Shown here in pieces: positions 20,296-30,128 of a stretch of 64,000 nt of DNA. Every line of letters starts with the position of its first letter. Position 1 is the first letter of the stretch. The translations under genes were made by a program, and so were the position numbers. The stretch is from Longimicrobiales bacterium (GTDB lineage Bacteria; Gemmatimonadota; Gemmatimonadetes; Longimicrobiales; Gaopeijiaceae), in NCBI GenBank assembly GCA_965248195.1, contig CBDFIQ010000001.1, positions 288,001-352,000 of the forward strand. Direction: 5' to 3'. A model generated the notes under the pieces. The model was given only the letters and a program-made list of their open reading frames with translations, was not told where the DNA came from and did not search any database.

Positions 20296-20301
20296 CGCCG
20301 G

Positions 20302-21156
20302 CTAATTGCCCCTCGTTGCTGTCATGGCCTCCCGGATCGCCCTGACCGTGACGTCGGTTCGGAACTCGATGAGGCGGCGGCCGTGCTCGATCGTCTTTTC
20401 GGCGGGCAGAATGCTGATTCCGTTGATCGATGCCTTGCCGGCCTTGATTCGCTGCTCCAGCCGGACATGCCGCGGATCGTCGTTCATGATGATCGACGTG
20501 ATGTAATAGTCGTCGTGGAGTCCTTCGAGGCGAGGATCCTCGTCGACACCCAGGACATCCCGTTGGTAGGTCACCACGTCGTCGTAGTTGTAATACTCGG
20601 GGATGTGGTAGATTCCGGTGGAACCGCCCCGCCACGCTGTGGAAAGTGCGTCGGCCACCGCTGCCATCGGCCCCCGATTACCCCCGCTGTCGCCCATGAG
20701 TATGATGTTTCGGAAGCCCTGAGACTTCAGGCTGGTGGCCATGTCGGTCAGCATGGCCTGGTACGTCGCCCGAGACAGCACAACGGTCCCCGGAGAGCGG
20801 CTGCTGCCTGGATTGCCCGGCTCGAGGGTCACAATGGGCGCGATCAACGCGTCACCGAGCCTCCTCGCTATCGACTCGCCCATGACGCTCAGCACGTGAT
20901 TGTGCTTCCCGGTGGTGAGGTACGGGCCGTTCTCCTCGATGCCGCCCGTCAGGATCAAGGCGGTCGTTTTCCCTTCCGCTAATGCGTCTCGGACTTCCAT
21001 CATGGTGAGCTCTTCGATCCAAACGTTGTCGAGAGCTTCGATGGGGCGCGGCATGTTCATTACGTCGAGCAGACCCGGCTCTTGGGCTGTTGCGGTGGTC
21101 GCTCCACCACTGAACGCGAGAATCAACAGCGGCGCCACACAGGACGATCTCTTCAC
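20302..21156 (-). CDS. secreted creatininase-family protein
   Basis: IEELTMMEVRDA, GGIEENGPYL..GKH, GDSGGN; signal peptide; GTG start with RBS AGGAGG. Confidence 0.85.
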   Translation of the reverse strand: MKRSSCVAPLLILAFSGGATTATAQEPGLLDVMNMPRPIEALDNVWIEELTMMEVRDALAEGKTTALILTGGIEENGPYLTTGKHNHVLSVMGESIARRLGDALIAPIVTLEPGNPGSSRSPGTVVLSRATYQAMLTDMATSLKSQGFRNIILMGDSGGNRGPMAAVADALSTAWRGGSTGIYHIPEYYNYDDVVTYQRDVLGVDEDPRLEGLHDDYYITSIIMNDDPRHVRLEQRIKAGKASINGISILPAEKTIEHGRRLIEFRTDVTVRAIREAMTATRGN

Positions 21157-21401
21157 GGAACCCCTCCTCGATCTTTACGGAAGCGACTTTCCTGCAATCT
21201 GACTCATCAGTTTCGTGGCCACAAGCTCACCTCTAGCCCCTCTCGTGCCGACCGGACCGCCTTCTGGTCGACCCGTACCGCCCTCTTGCCGACCCGCTTC
21301 GAGGAAAGGTCGGAATCCCGTGCGTTTTTGGCGGTGAACGGTGGCGACTTCCACAAGGTATCGGGCCACACCTGGCGAAACCGGCGCCTTCGTGGCATCA
21401 T

Positions 21402-21430
21402 TTGACACTGAACGCCTCGACCTGGATTTT
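21402..21430 (+). promoter_or_regulatory. candidate sigma70 promoter of the tandem DUF1592 operon
   Basis: TTGACA-N17-GATTTT (weak -10), about 110 bp upstream of ATG 21540. Confidence 0.35.
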
Positions 21431-21539
21431 GGAAGGGTCGGTACGGCGGTTGAAAAGCGGTCGGAAAGGCAAGCGGTTGGGACGTCTGCAGCTTGAAGAC
21501 GAGCGCGGACCTCAGCATGTGACGGAGGGCCATACAAGA

Positions 21540-24134
21540 ATGAAGAGACTCAGTGCCGCTGTGGTCGTTGTCCTGCTCGTTCTCGCGGGTCGCACCCCGG
21601 TCCTCGGCTCCACGCTGAGCCAGCAGGGAGTGATCGGGCCGTCCGCCATCCGCGAAGCGACCGACACCTCCCCTTCCAACGCCTTGGACGGAGCAGTCGA
21701 GGCGTATTTGGCGGGTTTCTCTAGTCGGGAAGTGGTGTTGGCTGCCGCCCCCCCGAGGACAGGCGGCACGGTGGGCGGGGAGCTCCGAGGTCGCGGGGCG
21801 GAGGTGCGCTCAGGGCTGGAGATTTCGGCCGTTACCCTGACCGATGTGGTACGTCAATACTGCGTGGTATGCCACAACGACGGGATGTTGACGGGGAACC
21901 TGACGCTGTCGGATTTCGACGTGGAGCGGGCGGCGGAGCGGGCGGAGACGGCGGAAAAGATGATCGTGAAGCTTCGGGCCGGGATGATGCCTTCTCCTGG
22001 GGCGCCCCGGCCGAGTCCGGACACGCTGCTGGCGCTGGTGGAGACTCTGGAGAGCGTGATCGACGCGGCGGCGGCTCTGGATCCGAATCCGGGGCGGCGA
22101 ACGTTCCAGCGGTTGAATCGTGCGGAGTATTCGCGCTCGGTGGAGGATCTGTTGGGGCTGAAGGTGGATGCGGGGGATTACCTGCCGCTGGATACGAAGA
22201 GCGCGAACTTCGACAACATCGCGGACGTTCAGATGTTGTCACCGACGCTGATGGCGGCCCACTTGACGGCTGCTGCCCAGATCAGCCGCCTGGCTGTTGG
22301 CGACGCCAATGCTCCGGTCGGCTCGAGGACGTACACGAATCCCGGGTACGTCACGCAGTGGGATCGCGTGGAGGGTGCGCCGCGGGGGACCCGTGGTGGA
22401 ATCTCCGTTGTCCACAACTTCTGGGCTGACGGTGACTACATCTTCAAGCTCGCCTTCGAGCACACGACGACGGGGGAGTTCTACGGAATGACAACGGACT
22501 CCGGCGAGCAGATCGAGGTCTCCGTCGATGGTGAGCGAGTGGCGCTTTTGGAAGTCGATAAATGGATGCATACCCGGGACCCCAACGGGGTCAACATGGA
22601 GACCGAGGCCATTTTCGTACGGGCGGGGCCGCATAGGGTGACCGCGGCATTTGTACGGAACTTCGAGGGGCTCATGGAGGACTTGATGTCGCCTCACGAT
22701 TGGTCCCTCGCCGACCGGCAGATCGGCGTCCGAGGCTATGGCGTAACGGCTCTGGCGCACTTGAAGGATCTCGTCATCAACGGCCCCCATAACCCCACGG
22801 GTGTTTCGGAGACACCGAGCCGGCGCAAGATCTTCACCTGTCGCCCCACGTCGTCGGCCGAAGCCAGGCCGTGCGCCGAGGAGATCATCGGCCGCCTTGG
22901 CGCGCAAGCATTCCGGAGGGCCCTCACACCGGGCGAGCTCGACAACTTGATGATGTTTTTCGAGGAGGGAGGGGAGCCCGGGGGCTTCGAGATGGGTATC
23001 AGAACGGCCCTGCAAGCCATTTTGGCGAGTCCGGACTTCGTGTTCCGGTTCGAGGAGCGCCCGAGTGACGTCGAGCCGGGAGAGAGCTACCGGATCGACG
23101 ATCGCGATCTCGCCTCGCGCCTCTCGTTCTTCCTCTGGAGCAGGCCGCCGGACAGCGAGCTGATGTCCGTGGCCGAACGGGGGGAGCTCTCCGATCCCGA
23201 AGTGCTGGAGCGACAGGTCCGCCGGATGTTGGAGGACCCACGTTCGGAAGCGTTGGGTCCTAGATTCGCCGGCCAGTGGCTCCGACTCGAAGACCTCGAC
23301 AAGGTTCATCCAGACCGGCTCTTGTACCCCGACTTCCACCAGCAGCTCGCGGATGGCATGCGGCTGGAGACGGAGATGTTCTTCAACAGCCTGGTCCGGG
23401 AAGACCGGAGCATGCTCGATCTCTTCAACGCCGACTACACGTTTCTCAACGAGCCTCTCGCCAGACACTACGGAATTTCTGGCGTGACCGGGGAAGAGTT
23501 CCGGCGTGTGACGTACCCGGACGACAAGCGAAGGGGCCTATTTGGGCATGGAAGCGTGCTCACGCTGACTTCGCACGCGAACAGGACGTCGCCCGTACTC
23601 CGCGGTAAATGGGTCATGGAGGTTCTGCTCGGCACCCCGCCGCCGCCACCACCACCCGGCGTGCCGGATCTGGACCAGACGGAAGTCATAAGCGACGGCC
23701 GAATGCTCACGACGCGCGAGCGTATGGAGATGCACCGCACCAACGTGGTGTGCAGCTCCTGTCACAAGTTCATGGATCCCATCGGGCTGGCACTCGACAA
23801 CTTCGACGTCACGGGACGATGGCGGATCAGAGAGAACGGGGTGCCGCTGGACACGCAGGGGGAGCTCTACGACGGGACCCCCGTGACGAGCCCCGAGGAT
23901 CTACGTCAGGCGCTCCTGCGGCGGCCGATCCCGCTGGTCCGAACATTTACGGAAAACCTGATGGCTTATGCCCTCGGCCGTCGAATCGAGTATTATGACA
24001 AGCCCACGATTCGAGCGATCACGGCCCAGGCCGAGGCCGACGACTACCGCATGTCTTCCTTCATTTTGGGGGTGGTCAAGAGCGGTGCATTCCAGATGAG
24101 CAGGGTCGAGACGACGGTGCAGACGAGTCCGTAG
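21540..24134 (+). CDS. DUF1592/1588/1585/1587/1595-domain diheme cytochrome c protein, copy 1
   Basis: Signal peptide; CVVCH and CSSCH heme motifs; RLNRAEY, LASRLSFFLWS, RTSPVLRGKW, LMAYALGR. Confidence 0.92.
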   Translation: MKRLSAAVVVVLLVLAGRTPVLGSTLSQQGVIGPSAIREATDTSPSNALDGAVEAYLAGFSSREVVLAAAPPRTGGTVGGELRGRGAEVRSGLEISAVTLTDVVRQYCVVCHNDGMLTGNLTLSDFDVERAAERAETAEKMIVKLRAGMMPSPGAPRPSPDTLLALVETLESVIDAAAALDPNPGRRTFQRLNRAEYSRSVEDLLGLKVDAGDYLPLDTKSANFDNIADVQMLSPTLMAAHLTAAAQISRLAVGDANAPVGSRTYTNPGYVTQWDRVEGAPRGTRGGISVVHNFWADGDYIFKLAFEHTTTGEFYGMTTDSGEQIEVSVDGERVALLEVDKWMHTRDPNGVNMETEAIFVRAGPHRVTAAFVRNFEGLMEDLMSPHDWSLADRQIGVRGYGVTALAHLKDLVINGPHNPTGVSETPSRRKIFTCRPTSSAEARPCAEEIIGRLGAQAFRRALTPGELDNLMMFFEEGGEPGGFEMGIRTALQAILASPDFVFRFEERPSDVEPGESYRIDDRDLASRLSFFLWSRPPDSELMSVAERGELSDPEVLERQVRRMLEDPRSEALGPRFAGQWLRLEDLDKVHPDRLLYPDFHQQLADGMRLETEMFFNSLVREDRSMLDLFNADYTFLNEPLARHYGISGVTGEEFRRVTYPDDKRRGLFGHGSVLTLTSHANRTSPVLRGKWVMEVLLGTPPPPPPPGVPDLDQTEVISDGRMLTTRERMEMHRTNVVCSSCHKFMDPIGLALDNFDVTGRWRIRENGVPLDTQGELYDGTPVTSPEDLRQALLRRPIPLVRTFTENLMAYALGRRIEYYDKPTIRAITAQAEADDYRMSSFILGVVKSGAFQMSRVETTVQTSP

Positions 24135-24181
24135 GGACGGTAACGCGAACTGAGCTAAGACAGCACACGAGGAGGCAGAAG

Positions 24182-25576
24182 ATGGATTTTATTACGGGCA
24201 GGCACATTTCCCGCCGCGAGGTCCTTCGCGGTCTAGGCGCTACGGTGGCACTCCCCTTCCTCGACGCGATGGTTCCTGCGGGGATACGTGGTGCGACGGC
24301 CCGTGCCGCGGTCGCTACCGATCAAACCCGCCTGGTCGCCATCGAGATGGTGCACGGCGCGGCCGGGAGCAACCAATACGGTGCCTCCAAGCACCTGTGG
24401 GGCCCCGCGAAGGTCGGCCGTGACTTCGATCTGACGCAGGGTTCCTTGAGCTCGCTCGAGCCCTACCGGGACTATCTCACGATCATCAGCAACACGGATG
24501 TCGAGGGGGCGGAAGCGATCACGGCACCCGAGATCGGCGGCGACCACTTCCGTTCGAGCTCCGTATTCTTGACGCAAGCCCATCCCAAGCAGACCGAAGG
24601 CTCGGACGTCCTTGCCGGAACGTCGCTCGACCAGTTTTACGCCAAGCGATTCGGTCAGGATACGCCCATCCCTTCGATGCAACTGTGTATCGAGAACATC
24701 AACCAATCGGGTGGTTGTGCGTATGGATACACCTGCGTGTACACGGACTCGATCAGCTGGTCGTCGCCCACCGAGCCGCTTCCCGTGATCCGTGATCCCA
24801 GGGTCGTATTCGAGCAGCTTTTCGGAGCCGGCGGCACGTCCGAAGAGCGTTCTCTTCGGAGAAGGACCGACCGAAGCATCCTCGATTGGATCACCGGCAG
24901 GGTCGGGCAGCTCAGGCGGAACTTGGGGCCCGCCGACCGGGAGCGGTTGGAGGGGTACCTGGATGACATCCGTGAGATCGAAAGGCGGATCGAGCGCATC
25001 GAGGAGTACAACGCCAGTGGTGAGGTGAGGGAGATACCCGAGGCGCCGGCCGGTGTCCCGGATTCCTTCGAGGAGCACGTCAAGCTGATGTTCGACATGC
25101 AGGTGCTGGCCTTCGAGTCCGACCTGACTCGTGTCTTCTCCCTAAAAATGGGACGCGATTCCTCGGCCCGGGTCTTTGCGGAGAGTGGGGTCGACACGCC
25201 GTTCCACCCCGCGTCGCACCATGGCGGGAACGAACAAGCGATCGAGGAATTCGCTCTCATCAATCGCTACCACGTGAGCATGATCCCGTACTTCCTCGAC
25301 AAGCTGAAGAACACGATGGACGGCGACACCAACTTGTTGGACAAGTCGATGATCATCTATGGATCGCCGATGGGCGACCCCAACCTCCACAACCACAAGC
25401 GTTGTCCGCTCTTCGTGGTCGGCGGTGCCAACGGGAAGCTCGACGGTAACCTGCACCTCAAGGCGCCCGACGGTACGCCCATGGCGAACGTAATGCTCTC
25501 CATGTTGCAAAAGCTGGGGTTAGAAGACATGGAACGCTTCGGCAACAGCACCGGGGAGTACTCTTTGACCATCTGA
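24182..25576 (+). CDS. DUF1552 (HxxSHH) protein, copy 1
   Basis: SRREVLRG..ALPFLDAM Tat-like N-terminus; GGCAYGYTCVY; HPASHH; HNH. Confidence 0.92.
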   Translation: MDFITGRHISRREVLRGLGATVALPFLDAMVPAGIRGATARAAVATDQTRLVAIEMVHGAAGSNQYGASKHLWGPAKVGRDFDLTQGSLSSLEPYRDYLTIISNTDVEGAEAITAPEIGGDHFRSSSVFLTQAHPKQTEGSDVLAGTSLDQFYAKRFGQDTPIPSMQLCIENINQSGGCAYGYTCVYTDSISWSSPTEPLPVIRDPRVVFEQLFGAGGTSEERSLRRRTDRSILDWITGRVGQLRRNLGPADRERLEGYLDDIREIERRIERIEEYNASGEVREIPEAPAGVPDSFEEHVKLMFDMQVLAFESDLTRVFSLKMGRDSSARVFAESGVDTPFHPASHHGGNEQAIEEFALINRYHVSMIPYFLDKLKNTMDGDTNLLDKSMIIYGSPMGDPNLHNHKRCPLFVVGGANGKLDGNLHLKAPDGTPMANVMLSMLQKLGLEDMERFGNSTGEYSLTI

Positions 25577-25622
25577 CGGGGCTGTTCAGAAACTCAGCCA
25601 CCCAATTGAGAGGCACGAGCCC

Positions 25623-27449
25623 ATGCGGCAGGAACAAGACAGACGTGGCGCACGCTTGAGCGTGATGGGGACGCTGCTGGTCAGCGTGCTGTTTTTCGGT
25701 GCGACCCCCCCGGACTCACCGGTGGCCGACGCGGCGATGAGAGGCGACGTCGCGGCTGTTCGGGCGCTGCTCCAGGACGGCGCCGACGTGAACGCGGCCC
25801 AAGGCGACGGGATGACCGCCCTACATTGGGCGGCGGAGGCGGGTGATTTGGAGATGGTGGGGATGTTGCTCTACGCCGGGGCCAACGTACAGGGGGTGAC
25901 GCGGCTCGGTGACTACACTCCACTGCATCTGGCCAGCAAGGCGGGTAATGAAAGGGTCGTTGCCGGTCTTCTCGAGGCGGGGGCTGATCCGAGTGCCTAC
26001 ACGACCACGGGTGAAGTCACGCCACTTCATTTCGCCGCAGTATCGGGCAGTGCGGCCTCGGTCGAGGTACTCCTCGGTCATGGCGCAGCCGTGAATGTAA
26101 GAGAGTCCGTTCGAGGGCAGACGCCCCTGATGCTGGCCGCGGGGCTCAACCGGGTCGAAGCCGTTCGGGTGCTTCTCGAGAACGGGGCGGACCCTTCGCT
26201 CCGCACGGAGGCCATCGATATTCCGGCACGCGATCGTGCGGACCGGGAGAGCTCGGCGCGGCGTGACGAGGTCATCGCAGCGTTCAAGGAGGAACAGGCC
26301 CCGGGCGATCTGGGTTGGCAACCCGACTCCAGGCAAGTGCAGGCCGCGGTTAGTGCGGCCTGGGCGATAGGTGGGGCCGAGCTCGTGGAGGATGATCCTC
26401 CAGAGAATGCCGAAGAGGCGGAGGATGATCGACCGGACTATGACCGCCAAGCCGAGGCCAGATACGCTTCTTACAGTGACAATGTGGGGGGTCTAGGTGG
26501 GTTCACGGCGTTGATCCACGCCACCCGAGAAGGCCACGTGGAATCCGCGATGGCCCTTCTGGACGCCGGCGCGGACATCGACCAACCGAGCGAGGGAGAT
26601 CACTCGAGCCCGCTCCTGATCGCCGTGATCAACGGCCACTTCGATCTGGCGGTGCTTCTGTTGGATCGGGGTGCGGACCCCAACCTGGCCAGTGACCTCG
26701 GCGCAACGCCTCTTTTTTCAGCCTTGAACGTGCAGTGGGCTCCGAAAGCCCGATATCCTCAACAGAACGCTTACAAGCAGCAGCAGGCGGTCTATCTCGA
26801 CGTCATGGAAGCCCTGCTCAAGGCGGGAGCCGACCCTGACGTGCGCCTTTCGAAGCATCTTTGGTATATGAGTTACACGTTCGATCAATTGAACGTGAAC
26901 ACGACGGGAGCGACGCCTTTCTGGAGAGCCGCCTACGCCACCGACGTGCCGGCCATGCGCCTTCTGATGGACCACGGTGCGGATCCGAACGTTCCGACCC
27001 AGATGGTGCCGTCGCGAAGGCGCCGTCCGGATCAGCTAGAGGACCTCTCAGGGTTGCTGCCTGTTCCGCTAGGGGGCGCGGCTGTGTACGCGATCCATGC
27101 GGCTACGGGGGTGGGCTACGGCGAGGGCTTCGCCGGGAACGCCCATCGGCACGTGCCGGATGCCTGGCTTCCGGCTGCGAGGTACCTCATCGAGGAGCTC
27201 GGTGCGGATGTGAACGCACGGGATCTAAACGGATACGCGCCGCTTCACCATGCCGCCGCGCGGGGGGATAATGAGTTGATTCGCTACCTCGTTGAGCAAG
27301 GTGCCGACGTGATGCTCGTGAGTAGGAAGGGGCAGACGACCGTAGACATGGCCAACGGTCCCTGGCAGCGGATCCAGCCGTTTCCCGAGACCATGGCGTT
27401 GCTCGAAAGCCTCGGCGCCGTCAACAACCACAACTGTGTGTCCTGTTGA
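25623..27449 (+). CDS. secreted ankyrin-repeat protein with C-terminal CxxC, copy 1
   Basis: GMTALHWAA / YTPLHLA / GQTPLMLAA repeats; ends NNHNCVSC. Confidence 0.92.
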   Translation: MRQEQDRRGARLSVMGTLLVSVLFFGATPPDSPVADAAMRGDVAAVRALLQDGADVNAAQGDGMTALHWAAEAGDLEMVGMLLYAGANVQGVTRLGDYTPLHLASKAGNERVVAGLLEAGADPSAYTTTGEVTPLHFAAVSGSAASVEVLLGHGAAVNVRESVRGQTPLMLAAGLNRVEAVRVLLENGADPSLRTEAIDIPARDRADRESSARRDEVIAAFKEEQAPGDLGWQPDSRQVQAAVSAAWAIGGAELVEDDPPENAEEAEDDRPDYDRQAEARYASYSDNVGGLGGFTALIHATREGHVESAMALLDAGADIDQPSEGDHSSPLLIAVINGHFDLAVLLLDRGADPNLASDLGATPLFSALNVQWAPKARYPQQNAYKQQQAVYLDVMEALLKAGADPDVRLSKHLWYMSYTFDQLNVNTTGATPFWRAAYATDVPAMRLLMDHGADPNVPTQMVPSRRRRPDQLEDLSGLLPVPLGGAAVYAIHAATGVGYGEGFAGNAHRHVPDAWLPAARYLIEELGADVNARDLNGYAPLHHAAARGDNELIRYLVEQGADVMLVSRKGQTTVDMANGPWQRIQPFPETMALLESLGAVNNHNCVSC

Positions 27450-27491
27450 GTCCTAGTCACAGCTGGTTGTGAAGGCCGGAGGCCGAGCATC

Positions 27492-30062
27492 ATGAAGACA
27501 CTGAGTGCTGCGCTGATCGGGATCGCGCTTCTTCTGGTAGGTGGAACGGCCGACACCGGTTGGGCTCGACAGGAGCCGGGAGTGCGTGGCGCTCTCGTGA
27601 CGGCCGGCTCTGCCCAGGGTGTGGCCACCCCTCCCCAGTCATCCGCAGTGATGGTCGAGCAGTATTTGGCGACTCGGGCGGGTGAGGGTCTTCGTGGGGT
27701 CGCGCCGGCCGGAGTCGCTCCGCTCGTCATCCCCCCCGAGGACCTCAACGGAGTCCTTCGGCAGTACTGCGTGGTTTGCCACAATGACGTGATGCTGACG
27801 GGGAACCTCACCCTGTCTGAGTTCGACGTGGCAGACACTCCACGGCTGGCGCAGACGGCCGAGAAGATGATCGTGAAGTTGAGGGCGGAGATGATGCCCC
27901 TCCCGGGCGCCCCGCGGCCGAGCTCGGACACGCTCCTGGCGCTTGTCGAGACGCTGGAGACGTTGATCGACGAAGCGGCGGAGGCCTATCCGAATCCGGG
28001 AATCCGGACCTTTCAGAGGCTGAATCGGGCCGAATATGAGAGCTCGATCCAGGATCTCCTGGGGCTCGACATCGACGCGGCGGATTACCTGCCGCTAGAC
28101 ACGAAGAGCGCCAACTTCGACAACATCGCGGACGTGCAACTGCTCTCCCCGACGTTGCTGAACTCCTATCTGGCCGCTGCTGGCGAGGTGAGCCGCTTGG
28201 CGCTCGGTTCTGCAGACGCCTCGGCGAGCGAGGCGACCTACACGGTTTCCCGATTGGCTTCGCAGAGAGAGCAGGTGGAGGGGGCGCCACGTGGCACCCG
28301 AGGTGGCCTCTCTCTGGTGCACAACTTCCCGGCAGACGGTGAGTATCTCTTCCGGGTTTCGTTCCACCACGAGACCACCGGCACCCTCTTCGGCAACGGT
28401 AGGGCGGCGCTCCATACGGCCGAGGCTCCCGAGCAGCTCGAGATCTCCATCAACGGGGAGCGCGTAGCCCTGCTCGAGGTCGGTCGCTGGATGCAGGCGT
28501 CGGATCCCGACGGCGTAAACCTGCGTACCGGCCCCATCCACGTGCGTGCGGGTCCGCAGCGGGTTTCGGCCGCATTCATCCAGAGATTCGAGGGACCTCT
28601 CCAAGATCTGCTGTCTCCGCACGATTGGTCCTTGGTGAGCACGAGCATCGCCGACTCATACGGGTTTCAGAGCTTGCCCCACCTACGGGATCTGGCCATC
28701 AACGGTCCCCACAACCCTACGGGCGTCTCGGAGACGACCAGCCGCCGAAAGATTTTCACCTGTCGTCCGACGGCGCCCGACGAGGCGAAGCCCTGCGCCG
28801 AAGAGATCATCTCAAGCCTGGGCGGTCGGGCTTTCCGGAGACCCCTCACCGACGACGAGCTCGGTGACCTGATGGGCTTCTACGAGATCGGCGGGGAGGA
28901 CGGGGGCTTCGAGTCGGGCATCAGGCAGGCGCTGGAAGCTATCCTGGCGAGTCCCCGTTTCGTGTTCCGCTTCGAGGAGCAACCCGCCGATGTCGAGGCG
29001 GGTGAGAACTACCGGATCAGTGACCTGGCCCTGGCCTCGCGCCTGTCGTTCTTCCTTTGGGGCACGCCCCCGGGTGAGCACCTCAGGGCGCTCGCCCTTG
29101 AAGGCCGACTCTCCGATCAGGTCGTTCTCGAGGAGCAGGTCCACCGAATGCTGGCGGACCACCGGTCGGAGGCCCTGGGCTCGAGGTTTGCAGCGCAGTG
29201 GCTCCGCTTGTCGGATCTGGAGAAGATGAATCCGGACGTGCGAGAGTACCCCGACTTCGACGAGTCCCTCAAGGCCTCGTTGTTTCGCGAGACGGAGCTG
29301 TTCTTCAACAGCATTGTCCGCGAAGACCGGAGCGTGTTGGACCTGTACACCGCAGACTACACGTACGTCAACGAGCGTCTTGCCAAACATTACGGCATGT
29401 CCGACGTCACGGGGCCGCACTTTCGTCGAACGCAGTACGCTGACGACCAGCGCAGGGGTTTGCTGGGACATGGGAGCATTCTGATGCTGACCTCCCACGC
29501 GGGCAGGACCTCACCGGTGCTTCGTGGCAAGTGGGTCATGGAGGTGCTTCTAGGCACGCCGCCCCCACCGCCCCCGCCGGGTGTGCCGGACCTGGAGGAG
29601 ACCGACGACGTGGAGGATGGCCGGTTGATCACGACGCGCGCACGGATGGAAGAGCATCGCGCGAACCCCGTGTGCAGCTCCTGTCACAAGTTCATGGATC
29701 CCATTGGGCTGTCACTCGACAACTTCGATGCCACTGGCAGGTTTCGCATCAAGGAAAACGGTGTTCCCCTCGACACCCGCGGCGAGATGTACGACGGAAC
29801 TCCTTTGACGAGTCCTGAGGATCTACGACAGGCGCTGCTGGCGCGCCCGATTCCATTGGTCCGGACGTTCACGGAGAATCTCATGGCCTACGCCCTCGGC
29901 CGGCGGGTCGAGTACTACGACCAGCCGACGATCAGGGCGATCGCCGAGCAGGCGGGAGCCAACGGCAATCGCATCTCGTCCTTCATCTTGGGAGTCGTGA
30001 ACAGTCCGGCGTTCCAGATGAGCAGGGGAGAGGCCGAGTTTGCGGAAGAAAGCGGAGGATGA
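27492..30062 (+). CDS. DUF1592-family diheme cytochrome c protein, copy 2
   Basis: Same motifs as copy 1 (CVVCH, CSSCH); RBS GGAGG. Confidence 0.92.
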   Translation: MKTLSAALIGIALLLVGGTADTGWARQEPGVRGALVTAGSAQGVATPPQSSAVMVEQYLATRAGEGLRGVAPAGVAPLVIPPEDLNGVLRQYCVVCHNDVMLTGNLTLSEFDVADTPRLAQTAEKMIVKLRAEMMPLPGAPRPSSDTLLALVETLETLIDEAAEAYPNPGIRTFQRLNRAEYESSIQDLLGLDIDAADYLPLDTKSANFDNIADVQLLSPTLLNSYLAAAGEVSRLALGSADASASEATYTVSRLASQREQVEGAPRGTRGGLSLVHNFPADGEYLFRVSFHHETTGTLFGNGRAALHTAEAPEQLEISINGERVALLEVGRWMQASDPDGVNLRTGPIHVRAGPQRVSAAFIQRFEGPLQDLLSPHDWSLVSTSIADSYGFQSLPHLRDLAINGPHNPTGVSETTSRRKIFTCRPTAPDEAKPCAEEIISSLGGRAFRRPLTDDELGDLMGFYEIGGEDGGFESGIRQALEAILASPRFVFRFEEQPADVEAGENYRISDLALASRLSFFLWGTPPGEHLRALALEGRLSDQVVLEEQVHRMLADHRSEALGSRFAAQWLRLSDLEKMNPDVREYPDFDESLKASLFRETELFFNSIVREDRSVLDLYTADYTYVNERLAKHYGMSDVTGPHFRRTQYADDQRRGLLGHGSILMLTSHAGRTSPVLRGKWVMEVLLGTPPPPPPPGVPDLEETDDVEDGRLITTRARMEEHRANPVCSSCHKFMDPIGLSLDNFDATGRFRIKENGVPLDTRGEMYDGTPLTSPEDLRQALLARPIPLVRTFTENLMAYALGRRVEYYDQPTIRAIAEQAGANGNRISSFILGVVNSPAFQMSRGEAEFAEESGG

Positions 30063-30128
30063 TGATGCAGGGGTGCACGGCGTTCGAGTCTGCATGACCG
30101 TAGAGGAGGAACAGAGGAGGCGTTGACA

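Noticed and set aside
23632..23660. CCG-rich run (also ~29555-29580) as a repeat element
   Set aside because: Encodes the conserved poly-Pro segment of DUF1592-family proteins
27447..27491. UGA after ankyrin-1 CVSC as Sec/readthrough (next gene is in frame and a small hairpin TCACAG-CTGG-TTGTGA follows)
   Set aside because: The loop starts only 14 nt from the UGA and lacks a leading G, copy 2 has no equivalent downstream sequence, and the next gene has its own RBS and signal peptide
30123..30128. TTGACA before DUF1552 copy 2 as a promoter
   Set aside because: It sits between the RBS and ATG, with no room for a -10 element
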